This document shows, piece by piece, positions 17,896 through 27,355 of a DNA stretch of 64,000 bases; the stretch's first letter is position 1, and every line of letters begins with the position of its first letter. The DNA comes from Ostreococcus lucimarinus (Eukaryota). The notes under the pieces were generated by a model that did no database searches, was not told where the DNA came from, and worked only from the letters and a program-made list of their open reading frames with translations. The stretch lies in the NCBI GenBank assembly GCA_000092065.1, contig CP000589.1. One strand, written 5' to 3'. The position numbers and the translations under genes are program-made.

Positions 17896-20796
17896 ATGGC
17901 GCACGCGGTGCGCGCGAGCGCGATACACGCGCAGGACGCGCGAGTGAATGAACGACTTTCCGCAGCGCGCGCGGGACGCGGACGAAGGGCGTACGCGGTG
18001 CGCGCGGGGACGTCGCGGGGACTCGACGATCGGCGACGGACGGCGACGACGAGCGCCGCGAGCTCGACGACTCGATGGGCGTTCGGACGACAGTACGCGA
18101 TTTCGCCCGCGAGTCAAGAGGCGAGTGAGATGGAGGATGATTCGGGAGGAGAAAGCGACGAGGATAGCGATGAAGATCTCACGGGTGAGTACCGAGGGGC
18201 GGTGCTGGTGCGTTCGAATGGCCAGAAAGGCTTGGCGACGACAAATAGGACAAACAACGGCCGGATCGGTGGGAGCTGGAAAAAGGCGCTGGGAGATTTC
18301 GACGTGAGAACGAACGGGGCGATGACGGTGAATGGGGCGAAGGGAGATGCCAAGGTAACGGATGATGATGAAATCGCGACGGGATTACGAGACGAGGTGC
18401 AGACGGTTGAGACGGTGGAGGAAGCGAGGCGAGTGTTGAAGATATTGCTCGACAACGCCGGAACCGAGGATCAACCGATGTATCACGCGTGTGATACCGA
18501 AGTTGCGTACATAAGCGTCGCGGATCAAACGCCTGTTGGCCACGGGCAAGTTACGTGCTTCTCCGTCTACGTAGGACCGGATGTCAACTTCGCTCCCGAA
18601 GGCGAAAGCAAGAGGAGTTTGTTGTGGGTCGACACCTTGCGTGGTGGCGACGGCGTTTGGGAGGTGTTCAAGGAGTACTTTGAGAACGCAAACGTCAAGA
18701 AAGTTTGGCACAACTATAGCTTCGATCGCCACGTAGTGGAGAACCATCACGGCATCAAACTCGCCGGGTTCGCGGCGGATACCATGCACATGGCACGTCT
18801 ATGGAACTCAAACAGAAAACTCGACGGTGGCTACAGCTTGGAAGCTTTGTCTTCGAGCGCAGACGCAATGAGCGAATGCGCTGAGATGCTCGGTGCGGGA
18901 GCGGAGATGATGCGTGCGAAAAGAGGTATGAAGAAAATCTTTGGCAAGCCCAAGCTCAAAAAGGATGGGACTCCTGGGAAGACGATGATTCTGCCACCGA
19001 TTGAAGAAATTCAAGAAGCTCGCGATTCGCGTGATAGATGGATTGAGTACTCCGCGCTCGACGCGCAAGCGACGTGGTTCTTGCGCGAATCTCTCGAAGC
19101 GAAACTCCGCGGGATGTCGTGCGAAGCGTGTCCGATTTTGGCGAGCAAGCCTGGATACCGCAAGTGCGTCACGCTTTGGGACTTTTACACGTTCTACCTC
19201 GCCGAATTCGGCAATTTGTTGACGCAGATGGAACGAAATGGCCTTCTTGTCGATAAAGCTCATTTGGCGCACGCGGAGAAGATGGCGCACGAAGATAAGC
19301 GCGTGGCGGAAGACTACTTTAGAAACTGGGCTGCTTCGAAATGCGAAGGCGCGCGAATCATGAATGTCGGTTCAGGGTTGCAAGTTCGTCAGCTTTTATT
19401 CGCCGGTGCGAAGAACAAGCGTCGTGACAAACCTGGGGTTGAGCTCACCCGCGAGTTCACGCAAGAGTCTTCCGAATGGATCGCTTGGGATGCCGCCGGT
19501 CGAGAAGGCAAGGCGCCGAAGAAGACGATGAAGGTTGCTCTTCACGGTATCACGGTGAAGCCGATCCAAGTGCAGACGTTCACCGCAACTGGACTTCCTG
19601 CTGTCAGCAGTGTTGTTCTGCGCGCTCTTGCGGGCAAACCTGGCGCCGCTCGCGCCATCATGGATACTTGGGACTCGCTCGCGGACGCCGAGAAAACCGA
19701 AGATGTGTTGAAGAAGGCGTGCGGCACCGCATTTGAAGCCTTTGGCGGCGGTAAAGAGGGCGTACAAGCGTGTGCCGCTATCGATGCGTTGAACGACGTG
19801 GCGGCCATCGACACTTTATTGTCGAACTTTATCATTCCTCTGCAAGGGGATGATATTCGTGGACCCGAAGGCCGCGTGCACGGCGCGCTGAACATCAACA
19901 CCGAGACCGGACGCCTATCCGCTCGTCGGCCGAGTTTGCAAAATCAGCCCGCGCTCGAAAAGGACCGTTATGGTATCCGTAAGGCGTTCACCGCGGGGCC
20001 TGGGAATATTCTCGTCGTCGCCGATTATGGTCAGCTCGAGCTTCGCCTTTTGGCGCACATGGCTGATTGTAAGTCGATGCAAGAAGCCTTTGAAGCCGGC
20101 GGCGATTTCCACAGCCGAACGGCGCTCGGAATGTACTCCAACATTAAGGAAGCCATCGATAAGGGCGAAGTTGTCTTGGAATACGGCGAACAAGAGGAAA
20201 CCGTGGACGAGAAAGATCGCCCTGCGCTCGTAAAGGATGTGTTCGCGAGCGAACGTCGCAAGGCCAAGGTACTCAACTTCAGTATCGCATACGGCAAAAC
20301 TGCGCACGGCTTGGCGAAGGATTGGGGCACGTCTCTCGAGGAAGCCGCCAACACGGTTGAGCTTTGGTACGCCGACCGCCCAGAAGTTCGAGAATGGCAA
20401 GAAGTGCAGAAGAAGATGGCGGTGGAAAAGAACCTGGTGCGCACCCTCCTCGGGCGCGTTCGCAACTTACCCGACGCCTCGAGCAAGAACGAAGCCTTCA
20501 AATCGCACGCGCTTCGCGCATCCATCAACACCCCGATTCAAGGCGGCGCCGCCGACATCGCCATGTTAGCCATGCTTCAGATTCAACGCTGTCCACGCCT
20601 AAAAGAGCTCGGTTACAAGCTCTTGATGCAAATTCACGACGAAGTCATCTTAGAAGGTCCCGAAGAGCACAAAGATGAGGCGTTGGCGCTCACCAAGTAT
20701 CACATGGAGAACCCATTTCCCGGCCACGTCAACTTGTTGAACGTCGCGCTAGCCGTCGACGGCGATTACGCCAAGACGTGGTACGAGGCTAAATAA
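17896..20796 (+). CDS. Organellar family-A DNA polymerase (plant POP-type) with 3'-5' exonuclease domain
   Basis: Exo motifs (HACDTEVAYIS...) are present, along with Pol A motif A (VADYGQLELRLLAH), motif B (RRKAKVLNFSIAYGKTAHGLA) and motif C (QIHDEVILE). The N-terminus MAHAVRASAIHAQDARVNERLSAARAGRGRR looks like a transit peptide. The in-frame ATG at 17728 is an alternative start. TGTAA at 20832. Confidence 0.9.
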   Translation: MAHAVRASAIHAQDARVNERLSAARAGRGRRAYAVRAGTSRGLDDRRRTATTSAASSTTRWAFGRQYAISPASQEASEMEDDSGGESDEDSDEDLTGEYRGAVLVRSNGQKGLATTNRTNNGRIGGSWKKALGDFDVRTNGAMTVNGAKGDAKVTDDDEIATGLRDEVQTVETVEEARRVLKILLDNAGTEDQPMYHACDTEVAYISVADQTPVGHGQVTCFSVYVGPDVNFAPEGESKRSLLWVDTLRGGDGVWEVFKEYFENANVKKVWHNYSFDRHVVENHHGIKLAGFAADTMHMARLWNSNRKLDGGYSLEALSSSADAMSECAEMLGAGAEMMRAKRGMKKIFGKPKLKKDGTPGKTMILPPIEEIQEARDSRDRWIEYSALDAQATWFLRESLEAKLRGMSCEACPILASKPGYRKCVTLWDFYTFYLAEFGNLLTQMERNGLLVDKAHLAHAEKMAHEDKRVAEDYFRNWAASKCEGARIMNVGSGLQVRQLLFAGAKNKRRDKPGVELTREFTQESSEWIAWDAAGREGKAPKKTMKVALHGITVKPIQVQTFTATGLPAVSSVVLRALAGKPGAARAIMDTWDSLADAEKTEDVLKKACGTAFEAFGGGKEGVQACAAIDALNDVAAIDTLLSNFIIPLQGDDIRGPEGRVHGALNINTETGRLSARRPSLQNQPALEKDRYGIRKAFTAGPGNILVVADYGQLELRLLAHMADCKSMQEAFEAGGDFHSRTALGMYSNIKEAIDKGEVVLEYGEQEETVDEKDRPALVKDVFASERRKAKVLNFSIAYGKTAHGLAKDWGTSLEEAANTVELWYADRPEVREWQEVQKKMAVEKNLVRTLLGRVRNLPDASSKNEAFKSHALRASINTPIQGGAADIAMLAMLQIQRCPRLKELGYKLLMQIHDEVILEGPEEHKDEALALTKYHMENPFPGHVNLLNVALAVDGDYAKTWYEAK

Positions 20797-20931
20797 GTAG
20801 TGAACGTCGCTCTTTCGCTTCGTTCGTTTGTAAATCACTTAGCTTTCACTCAAATGACCCTCAGCCTCGAAAGTCGACGCTGAGTGCGCCAGTCATCAGA
20901 CCAAACCTTACATTTTGCCTCGGCGCGCGCC

Positions 20932-23823
20932 ATGTCCGCGCCTGAATGGCACGGCTACGCCGATGGCGCGAATGGTGACGATCCCTACACCGCTGCCGCG
21001 CGATCGTACGACGAGACGCACGCGACGAGCGACGCGAACGCCGACGCCACGCTGCAATCAGACTTCGAGCACATGTCGATCAACCACGCGCACACACTCG
21101 TCCACGATCTACTGGACGAGGACGATGACGAGGAGTACGACTACGTCGACGGGGAGCACGCCGGCGGTGCGCGACGGAGCGAGTTCGCGTGCGCGTACTG
21201 TGGGATATCCAACGTCTCGTGCGTGGCGCAGTGCGTGAAGACAAAGAAATGGTTTTGCAACGGGCGATCGAATGGATTGCCGGCGAGCTGCTTGATATAT
21301 CATCTCGTGCGGTCAAGAAACAAGGAGGTTCGACTGCATGAGTCGTCGCCGCTGGGCGATATGACGCTGGAGTGTTACGTGACGGGGGCGACGAACGTGT
21401 TCAACCTCGGGTTCGTCCCGTGCAAAGACGAAAACGTGGTGGTTCTCGTGACGAGAGAAGCAGCGCAGAGTAATCCGGCAACTCTTAAGGAATTGAATTT
21501 AGACTTAGCGCTCTGGGAGCCGCTGATTCAGGACAAGGTGTTCTTGCCTTGGTTGTTGCAGATGCCGGACAAGAAGGAGATTGATCGCGCTCGGCCGGTG
21601 AACCCAGGAAAAGTCATCAAATTGGAGGAACTATGGAAAACAAATCCCGAGGCTACGCTAGACGACGTAGAGAACGATGACGGTGACGGCGAGGTACGTC
21701 CTGTAGCGCTGACGTACGAGGACGCGCATTTATACCAAGGCGTCTTTGGACCGTTGATACAGCTCGAGGCAGATTACGACAAGGCGCAGCGAGAGAGCCA
21801 AACGAAGGACGACGTCACAGTCCGCTGGGACATTGGCTTGAATAAGCGTAGGATTGCGTATTTCAGTTTTGGTGCCGATGAAAATGCGGTGTCAGTGACG
21901 TTGGGAGATTCTTTGCAGTTGCGACTGCTGATACAGACAAAGAACGAACAGCGAAGTTGGCAAGGACAAGGCGTCGTGATCAAGTTCACCGCACAAGAGG
22001 AAGTCGGGGTGGAAATGTACGGCATGGATGCCCCCGTGGAATACACCAATGGCTACAGTGTCGACTTTTTGTGGAAAGGGACGAGTTATGAGCGCGCGCA
22101 ACAGGCGTTGGAATCTTTCGCTGAAGATGAAACTTCGGTTTCGGGGTACATTTACCTCAAGCTCATGGGCAAAGACCCGGAAGATATGTTCTTATCCGGA
22201 GATTTTCCGAAGAAGTTAACCGCCCCGGGGCTGCCTGAGCTCAACCAAAGCCAACACGATGCGGTTAAAACGGTCCTCCAGCGACCACTGAGTCTAGTTC
22301 AAGGTCCACCGGGGACTGGGAAGACGGTGACGTCGGCGACGCTCGTGTACCATTTAGCCAAGCGCGGCAACGGTCAAGTCATCGTGTGCGCGCCATCAAA
22401 CGTCGCAGTAGATCATTTGGCCGAGAAGATCGAAAAGACGGGCCTAAAAGTCGTTAGAATCAGTAGTAGAAGTAGAGAGCATTTGGTGTCTTCGGTTGAG
22501 CACCTGACGCTGCACTATCAAGTAGCCAACATTGGTGGGTCGACGCACAAAGCGTTTCAGAAGTTGCAGCAGCTGAAGAACGAGCTCGGCGAATTGAGCG
22601 CTGGAGACGAGAAGAAGTATCGCAACGCTCAAAAGAAACTTGAGCGCGAAATCCTCGAGAACGCGGATGTCATTTGCACCACAGCAGTCGGTGCCGGTGA
22701 TCCGCGACTCGCAAACTTCCGCTTCCGCATGGTGCTCATCGATGAGTCGACGCAAGCCACCGAACCGGAGTGTTTGATCCCAATCGTCATGGGTGCGAAA
22801 CAAGTCGTCATGGTTGGCGATCACAAACAGCTCGGCCCGGTTGTGACGTGCAAGCAAGCGTACGCCGCGGGTCTGGCGCAGTCGTTGTTTGAACGCCTCA
22901 TTGCGCTCGGTATACAGCCCATCCGCTTACAGATTCAGTATCGTATGCATCCATGCCTGTCCGAGTTTCCGAGCAATACATTCTACGATGGAACGCTGCA
23001 AAACGGTGTGTCTGCGATCGAACGAACGCTTTCACACATCGACTTTCCTTGGCCCGTACCATCCAAACCGATGATGTTTTGGAGTCAAACCGGACAAGAA
23101 GAAATGAGCGCGAGCGGGACGTCATTCCTCAATCGCGCGGAGGCGTCGGCGGTCGAAAAGTGCGTCACGCATCTGCTGAACGCCGGGGTGAGTCCTGAAC
23201 AGATCGGGGTGGTGACGCCGTACGAAGGACAGCGCGCGTACGTGGTACAACACATGACGCGTGTTGGTGTGCTGCATCCGCAACTGTACAAGGACATTCA
23301 AGTCGCAAGTGTCGACTCGTTCCAAGGAAAAGAAAAAGACTTCATTATTATGACCTGCGTGCGCTCGAATGAAAAGTCTGGAATTGGGTTCTTGAGCGAT
23401 CCAAGACGTTTGAACGTCGCCATAACACGCGCGCGAAGTGGGCTTATCGTCATCGGCAATCCAAAGGTTTTGAACAAACAACACCTATTCCACGAGATGT
23501 TAACGCACTTCAGAGAGAACGGGTGCCTCGTTGAAGGGACGTTAGGCTCATTAAAGGAGTGCATGGTGGCCCTTCCTGCCGAACACCCGGACAAGGACCC
23601 TTGGAAGCGATTCGAATCGCGCCAAAATGGTGGTCGCGACCGTCGAGCCGCGGCGGAGCAGCGCGCACAGCACGAATTTCCAGACCTCGCCGCCGCCTAC
23701 GGGCGCTTTGGAAACTATCGCGACATCGATTCCGAGTCCGAGGCTTCCTACGGGAGCGAGTACTCCTACCAACCGCCGAGCGAAATCGATCACGGTTCGT
23801 CCCGAAACGCGTACGAGTTTTAA
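20932..23823 (+). CDS. UPF1: UPF1 (regulator of nonsense transcripts 1) RNA helicase
   Basis: Cys/His-rich CH domain (FACAYCGISNVSCVAQCVKTKKWFCNGR...) followed by SF1 helicase motifs ([21 protein letters not shown], ...). The listed ORF opens on GTG at 20884; the first ATG is at 20932. Confidence 0.9.
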   Translation: MSAPEWHGYADGANGDDPYTAAARSYDETHATSDANADATLQSDFEHMSINHAHTLVHDLLDEDDDEEYDYVDGEHAGGARRSEFACAYCGISNVSCVAQCVKTKKWFCNGRSNGLPASCLIYHLVRSRNKEVRLHESSPLGDMTLECYVTGATNVFNLGFVPCKDENVVVLVTREAAQSNPATLKELNLDLALWEPLIQDKVFLPWLLQMPDKKEIDRARPVNPGKVIKLEELWKTNPEATLDDVENDDGDGEVRPVALTYEDAHLYQGVFGPLIQLEADYDKAQRESQTKDDVTVRWDIGLNKRRIAYFSFGADENAVSVTLGDSLQLRLLIQTKNEQRSWQGQGVVIKFTAQEEVGVEMYGMDAPVEYTNGYSVDFLWKGTSYERAQQALESFAEDETSVSGYIYLKLMGKDPEDMFLSGDFPKKLTAPGLPELNQSQHDAVKTVLQRPLSLVQGPPGTGKTVTSATLVYHLAKRGNGQVIVCAPSNVAVDHLAEKIEKTGLKVVRISSRSREHLVSSVEHLTLHYQVANIGGSTHKAFQKLQQLKNELGELSAGDEKKYRNAQKKLEREILENADVICTTAVGAGDPRLANFRFRMVLIDESTQATEPECLIPIVMGAKQVVMVGDHKQLGPVVTCKQAYAAGLAQSLFERLIALGIQPIRLQIQYRMHPCLSEFPSNTFYDGTLQNGVSAIERTLSHIDFPWPVPSKPMMFWSQTGQEEMSASGTSFLNRAEASAVEKCVTHLLNAGVSPEQIGVVTPYEGQRAYVVQHMTRVGVLHPQLYKDIQVASVDSFQGKEKDFIIMTCVRSNEKSGIGFLSDPRRLNVAITRARSGLIVIGNPKVLNKQHLFHEMLTHFRENGCLVEGTLGSLKECMVALPAEHPDKDPWKRFESRQNGGRDRRAAAEQRAQHEFPDLAAAYGRFGNYRDIDSESEASYGSEYSYQPPSEIDHGSSRNAYEF

Positions 23824-23851
23824 TGCAGTTCTGACGCCGACACATCGCGGC

Positions 23852-25303
23852 ATGCCCCCGATCCCGCGATGTCTCCTCACGACCACCGACCCGAGCGCGC
23901 TGAACCAGGCCGACTTACCGCGCCCCTCTGTGTCGTCCGTGTCGTCCGAGTCGGAAACGGCGTCGGAATCGCCGTCGACGTCTCGCCGAGACGAAAAGTT
24001 GAGCGGGACGGTGCCGAACCTGTTTTGGCGCGCCGTCGCCATGGATGACCTTCGCGCGGCGCGAAACTTCGTAGGATTACCGGAAGAGTCGCAGGTGACG
24101 TTAGCAGGGGCGAAATCATTCGCGTACGTGCGTCAGGGCACGGAGGTCTGGGACGCGTTGCACGATGGCCGCCTGACGACGGGAGTCCTTAAAGCGGCGC
24201 TCGGCTTCGTTGAAGATGGTGTCGATAAACGCGCGCTAGGACTCGGCAAGCGGCACGGTGGACACAACGCGATATTGAGTGCATGCCGTCGATTGCAACG
24301 AGAAAAGTGGTGCGATGACGACGAAGTGGGGGACGTAGCAGACGCGAGACGTCGAAACGAAGCGGCGACGGCGGCGTTTAATCGACAGATAGACGGGGAC
24401 GATGACGACGAGACTGAAGATGAATGTGACGATGTCGGACTATGCGATGATAGTGCCGGCGAACTGTTGAGCGGCGTTGGATCGAACGCGTCGGCGATGG
24501 ATATCTTGGCGGCGTCTCTGGCGTCGGCAGCCAAGAAGAAGACATCGAAGAAAGGGAAGAAGAAGAAGAAACGTGGGAGCGGGAAGAAGAACAGAGTCGC
24601 GGGCGATAGCTCCATGCTCACGAACGCGCAGTACTCTCGAGCGCTCGCGCGAGGTGGAGAGCACGCCATACGCTTAGCGTGGGGATCAGCGCAGGAAGCG
24701 TCGACGCTTTGTTCCATGATGGTTCATTTCAAAGGATCCACTGTGTACGAAGCCGGGCTGTGCATGCTCGATGCTGCATCAGACGTTCCAAAAGCGTGGG
24801 GCGTTGGTCCACTCCCACCCGTCGGCGCCAGCCCGGACGGATTGATAACCATGGCGAGCGGTGAACGTTTTGTGGTCGAGGTGAAGAATTCATCGCCGTT
24901 TCGCCAAATGCCAGGTCGATACGTTGTCGCCGACCGCGAGCCGTATGCCAAACCACCCGCGTATCACATGCCTCAAGTTCAATTAGAGATGCTCTGCACG
25001 GGGACGCGCTCAGCGTTATTGGCGATGCAAAGTATGACGTACGGAATAAAAATATTTCGCGTCGAGCGAGACGACGACTTCATAGCGAGTATGCTCCGGA
25101 GAATTTCGCGTCTGTACACCACGTACGCGCGTAAGGGTAAAGACCCACCCATGAACTGGGAGGTTCGATCGATAGAACACAAGAAAATGGTGGGCGCTGC
25201 CGTTCGACTCGCTGGCGCAGCAACGGTGTACGATCACATTCCTACGTCTTTAGTTCCTAACGATGGATCGATTCATGTCGAAGAGAACGCCTTCGTCGCG
25301 TAA
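23852..25303 (+). CDS. YqaJ-like (lambda-exonuclease-type, PD-(D/E)XK) viral-recombinase-domain protein
   Basis: C-terminal domain with GASPDGLI ... FVVEVKNSSPF ... YHMPQVQLEMLC, matching the YqaJ D-x(n)-E-x-K plus Y-x-x-Q-x-Q signature. The N-terminal half is Ser/acidic low complexity with a KKKK patch. The start could instead be ATG 24041. TGTAA at 25358. Confidence 0.6.
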   Translation: MPPIPRCLLTTTDPSALNQADLPRPSVSSVSSESETASESPSTSRRDEKLSGTVPNLFWRAVAMDDLRAARNFVGLPEESQVTLAGAKSFAYVRQGTEVWDALHDGRLTTGVLKAALGFVEDGVDKRALGLGKRHGGHNAILSACRRLQREKWCDDDEVGDVADARRRNEAATAAFNRQIDGDDDDETEDECDDVGLCDDSAGELLSGVGSNASAMDILAASLASAAKKKTSKKGKKKKKRGSGKKNRVAGDSSMLTNAQYSRALARGGEHAIRLAWGSAQEASTLCSMMVHFKGSTVYEAGLCMLDAASDVPKAWGVGPLPPVGASPDGLITMASGERFVVEVKNSSPFRQMPGRYVVADREPYAKPPAYHMPQVQLEMLCTGTRSALLAMQSMTYGIKIFRVERDDDFIASMLRRISRLYTTYARKGKDPPMNWEVRSIEHKKMVGAAVRLAGAATVYDHIPTSLVPNDGSIHVEENAFVA

Positions 25304-25329
25304 GGGCGGTATTGTTTTTTTTCCTAGCT

Positions 25330-25362
25330 TACAGTTAGAATTGCAGAGTGTAAAATTTGTTA
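25330..25362. terminator. Convergent 3'-end region with TGTAA-type poly(A) signals for both flanking genes (TTACA at 25330 for the minus-strand MFS gene; TGTAA at 25358 for the plus-strand YqaJ-like gene)
   Basis: An AT-rich 150-bp spacer between convergent stops contains the chlorophyte UGUAA motif in both orientations. Confidence 0.55.
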
Positions 25363-25453
25363 CGCGCGGCTATCTAGATTGTACAGACTCCATATTAATG
25401 AGTTCATTAAGCGATTGATTCGCTGCACGTCGGCAGTGTGTAACATTTGTCGT

Positions 25454-27160
25454 TTACGCATAAGCGACCTCCCCCTCGTCTGTCGATTTACGCTCGTCAT
25501 CGTCCGTGTCAGCGTCCAAATACTTGGGGTTCGTCGATGCGAGCATGGTGACGATTGAAAGCGCGCTGAGAACAGCGAGCGTGACGAAAAGTGCGCCCCA
25601 TCCGTACTTTTCAGCGATCACCGCGGTAAGCGCGCCTTGCAGCACGGCGCCGACTGATCCCATACCGTTCACCACACCCGCTGCGGTTCCGAGAACTTCT
25701 TGGCCGTAACCCGCTTGTTCGCAGCAGTCAGAGACTGCGGTCGAACCCAGCATAGCGTCGGGACCGGCGACTAAGAAACCGATGAGACCCATGACGATGG
25801 CGTTGGTGAGCATTCCCATGCTGCATGCCGTTTGGTAGCCCCCGATCGCAAAAGTGAGCAAGGCGCACGACAACGCGCCGAGCACCGTGCGCTTGCCTTC
25901 GAAATACTTGTCACCAATAATGCCGCACGCGAGTCCTCCCAGTACGCCGCCCAAATCGTATATGCACGACATGTAGCCAGCAATGGCGACGGACATCTTG
26001 TACTCTTGCGATAAATAAAATGGCAACCAGAAAAGCAAACAATAACGAACGATCTTCACGAAGAAGTAGGACAGCATGAGCATCTTTAACCTAGGGATGG
26101 CCAAAATTTCCATGAAGGAAACATTTTTGGACGCCGGCTCGATGTCCGCGCGCTTCTTCGTCGACGTCAAAGCTTCTTGCTTATACGTCGTCGTTTGCAA
26201 CCACGGCGGATCGAGCTGCATCGCGGCGACGAGCGCCGCAGTACACAAAGCGAATGTCGCCGGCAAACTAATCGACAGTCTCCATCCAACCTTACCCAAT
26301 AAAAATGCGGTGGCAACGGTAGCCAGCGTCGCGCCGACTTGTTGGCTCGTCGCCCAAATCCCCATCGCCGTTCCTCGCTCCTTCGAACTGAACCACGGAT
26401 TGAGGAGCTTCACGTGTAACGGATACGATGCGGCTTGCGCGAGACCATTCAACGCCCACAGCCCCATGAGAATGTACGGCACCGAGATATATCCAAAAGC
26501 GAGACAACAGGCAAACGACACCACGCCGCCGACGACGATGACCGCCTTCGCGCCAATCTTATCCCCAATCGAAGGCATCACAAACTGCCCCAGCGCATAC
26601 GTGAGCAAAAACGCACTGTCGATTAACCCCATCGTCCCCGTGGTGAGCCCGAGCGCTTCCTTGACCGGCGCCTTCACCACGCTCAACGGCTTGCGCACAA
26701 AGTACGCCGACGAGTACGAAATAAACATCCCAGCAAGCGTCAACCGCTGCAACCGCGTCACCTCCGAACGAGGAAACTCTTCCTCGATCACCGTTCCCGG
26801 TTTACATTCCTCTCCGGCGCTTTCCCACAGGCATTCATCGTCTTCGGGCGGGAAAGTATACGTGACCGCCTCCTCCAGCGCCGTCGCCGCAGTCGCCTCG
26901 GGTTCTCCCGCGTCCCTCACCACCTCGTCCGCCGCCGCGCGCGTCCCCGCGTCGCGTCGTCGACGCGCGCGTACGATTTCGTGCGTTCCGCGCGTCTGTG
27001 CCCTCGACGGCGTCCTTCGCGGCGCGTCCAGCGCGCCGCGAACGCTTCGAGCGCGCGGGATCGCGGCGACCCGTTTCTCCGCTCGACGCGCTCGCGACGC
27101 GCGCGCGGGCGCGGCGCGCGATCGATCGACCGCGCGCGGCGCGGACGCGAGCGCGAGCAT
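25454..27160 (-). CDS. MFS transporter, organophosphate:Pi antiporter type (glycerol-3-phosphate/sugar-phosphate permease-like)
   Basis: 12-TM MFS topology with GlpT/UhpC-like motifs, and an Arg/Ala-rich N-terminal presequence. Confidence 0.8.
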   Translation of the reverse strand: MLALASAPRAVDRSRAAPARASRARRAEKRVAAIPRARSVRGALDAPRRTPSRAQTRGTHEIVRARRRRDAGTRAAADEVVRDAGEPEATAATALEEAVTYTFPPEDDECLWESAGEECKPGTVIEEEFPRSEVTRLQRLTLAGMFISYSSAYFVRKPLSVVKAPVKEALGLTTGTMGLIDSAFLLTYALGQFVMPSIGDKIGAKAVIVVGGVVSFACCLAFGYISVPYILMGLWALNGLAQAASYPLHVKLLNPWFSSKERGTAMGIWATSQQVGATLATVATAFLLGKVGWRLSISLPATFALCTAALVAAMQLDPPWLQTTTYKQEALTSTKKRADIEPASKNVSFMEILAIPRLKMLMLSYFFVKIVRYCLLFWLPFYLSQEYKMSVAIAGYMSCIYDLGGVLGGLACGIIGDKYFEGKRTVLGALSCALLTFAIGGYQTACSMGMLTNAIVMGLIGFLVAGPDAMLGSTAVSDCCEQAGYGQEVLGTAAGVVNGMGSVGAVLQGALTAVIAEKYGWGALFVTLAVLSALSIVTMLASTNPKYLDADTDDDERKSTDEGEVAYA

Positions 27161-27355
27161 CGCGCTCGGCGTCCGCGTGAGCGCGCGAGTGGTGGGCGCG
27201 CGCGCGAGCGTGTGCGGGAGGCGAGTGACGGCGATAACCTCGAACGACGCGCTTTTTGATCTTTACCTCTTCGCGTCTCGCGGCGCGAGGGCGGATTCGC
27301 GGATGATTACAACGCGTACAAGACGAAAAGATCGCGCGAGGGCGCGAAGAGAGGA

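Noticed and set aside
17897-17960. GTGCGCGCGAGCG right after the DNA polymerase ATG (ATGGCGCACGCG|GTGCGCG...CCGCAG) as a possible intron
   Set aside because: No ACTGAC-type branch lies upstream of the CAG. The continuous ORF already encodes a plausible transit peptide, so it is treated as coding.
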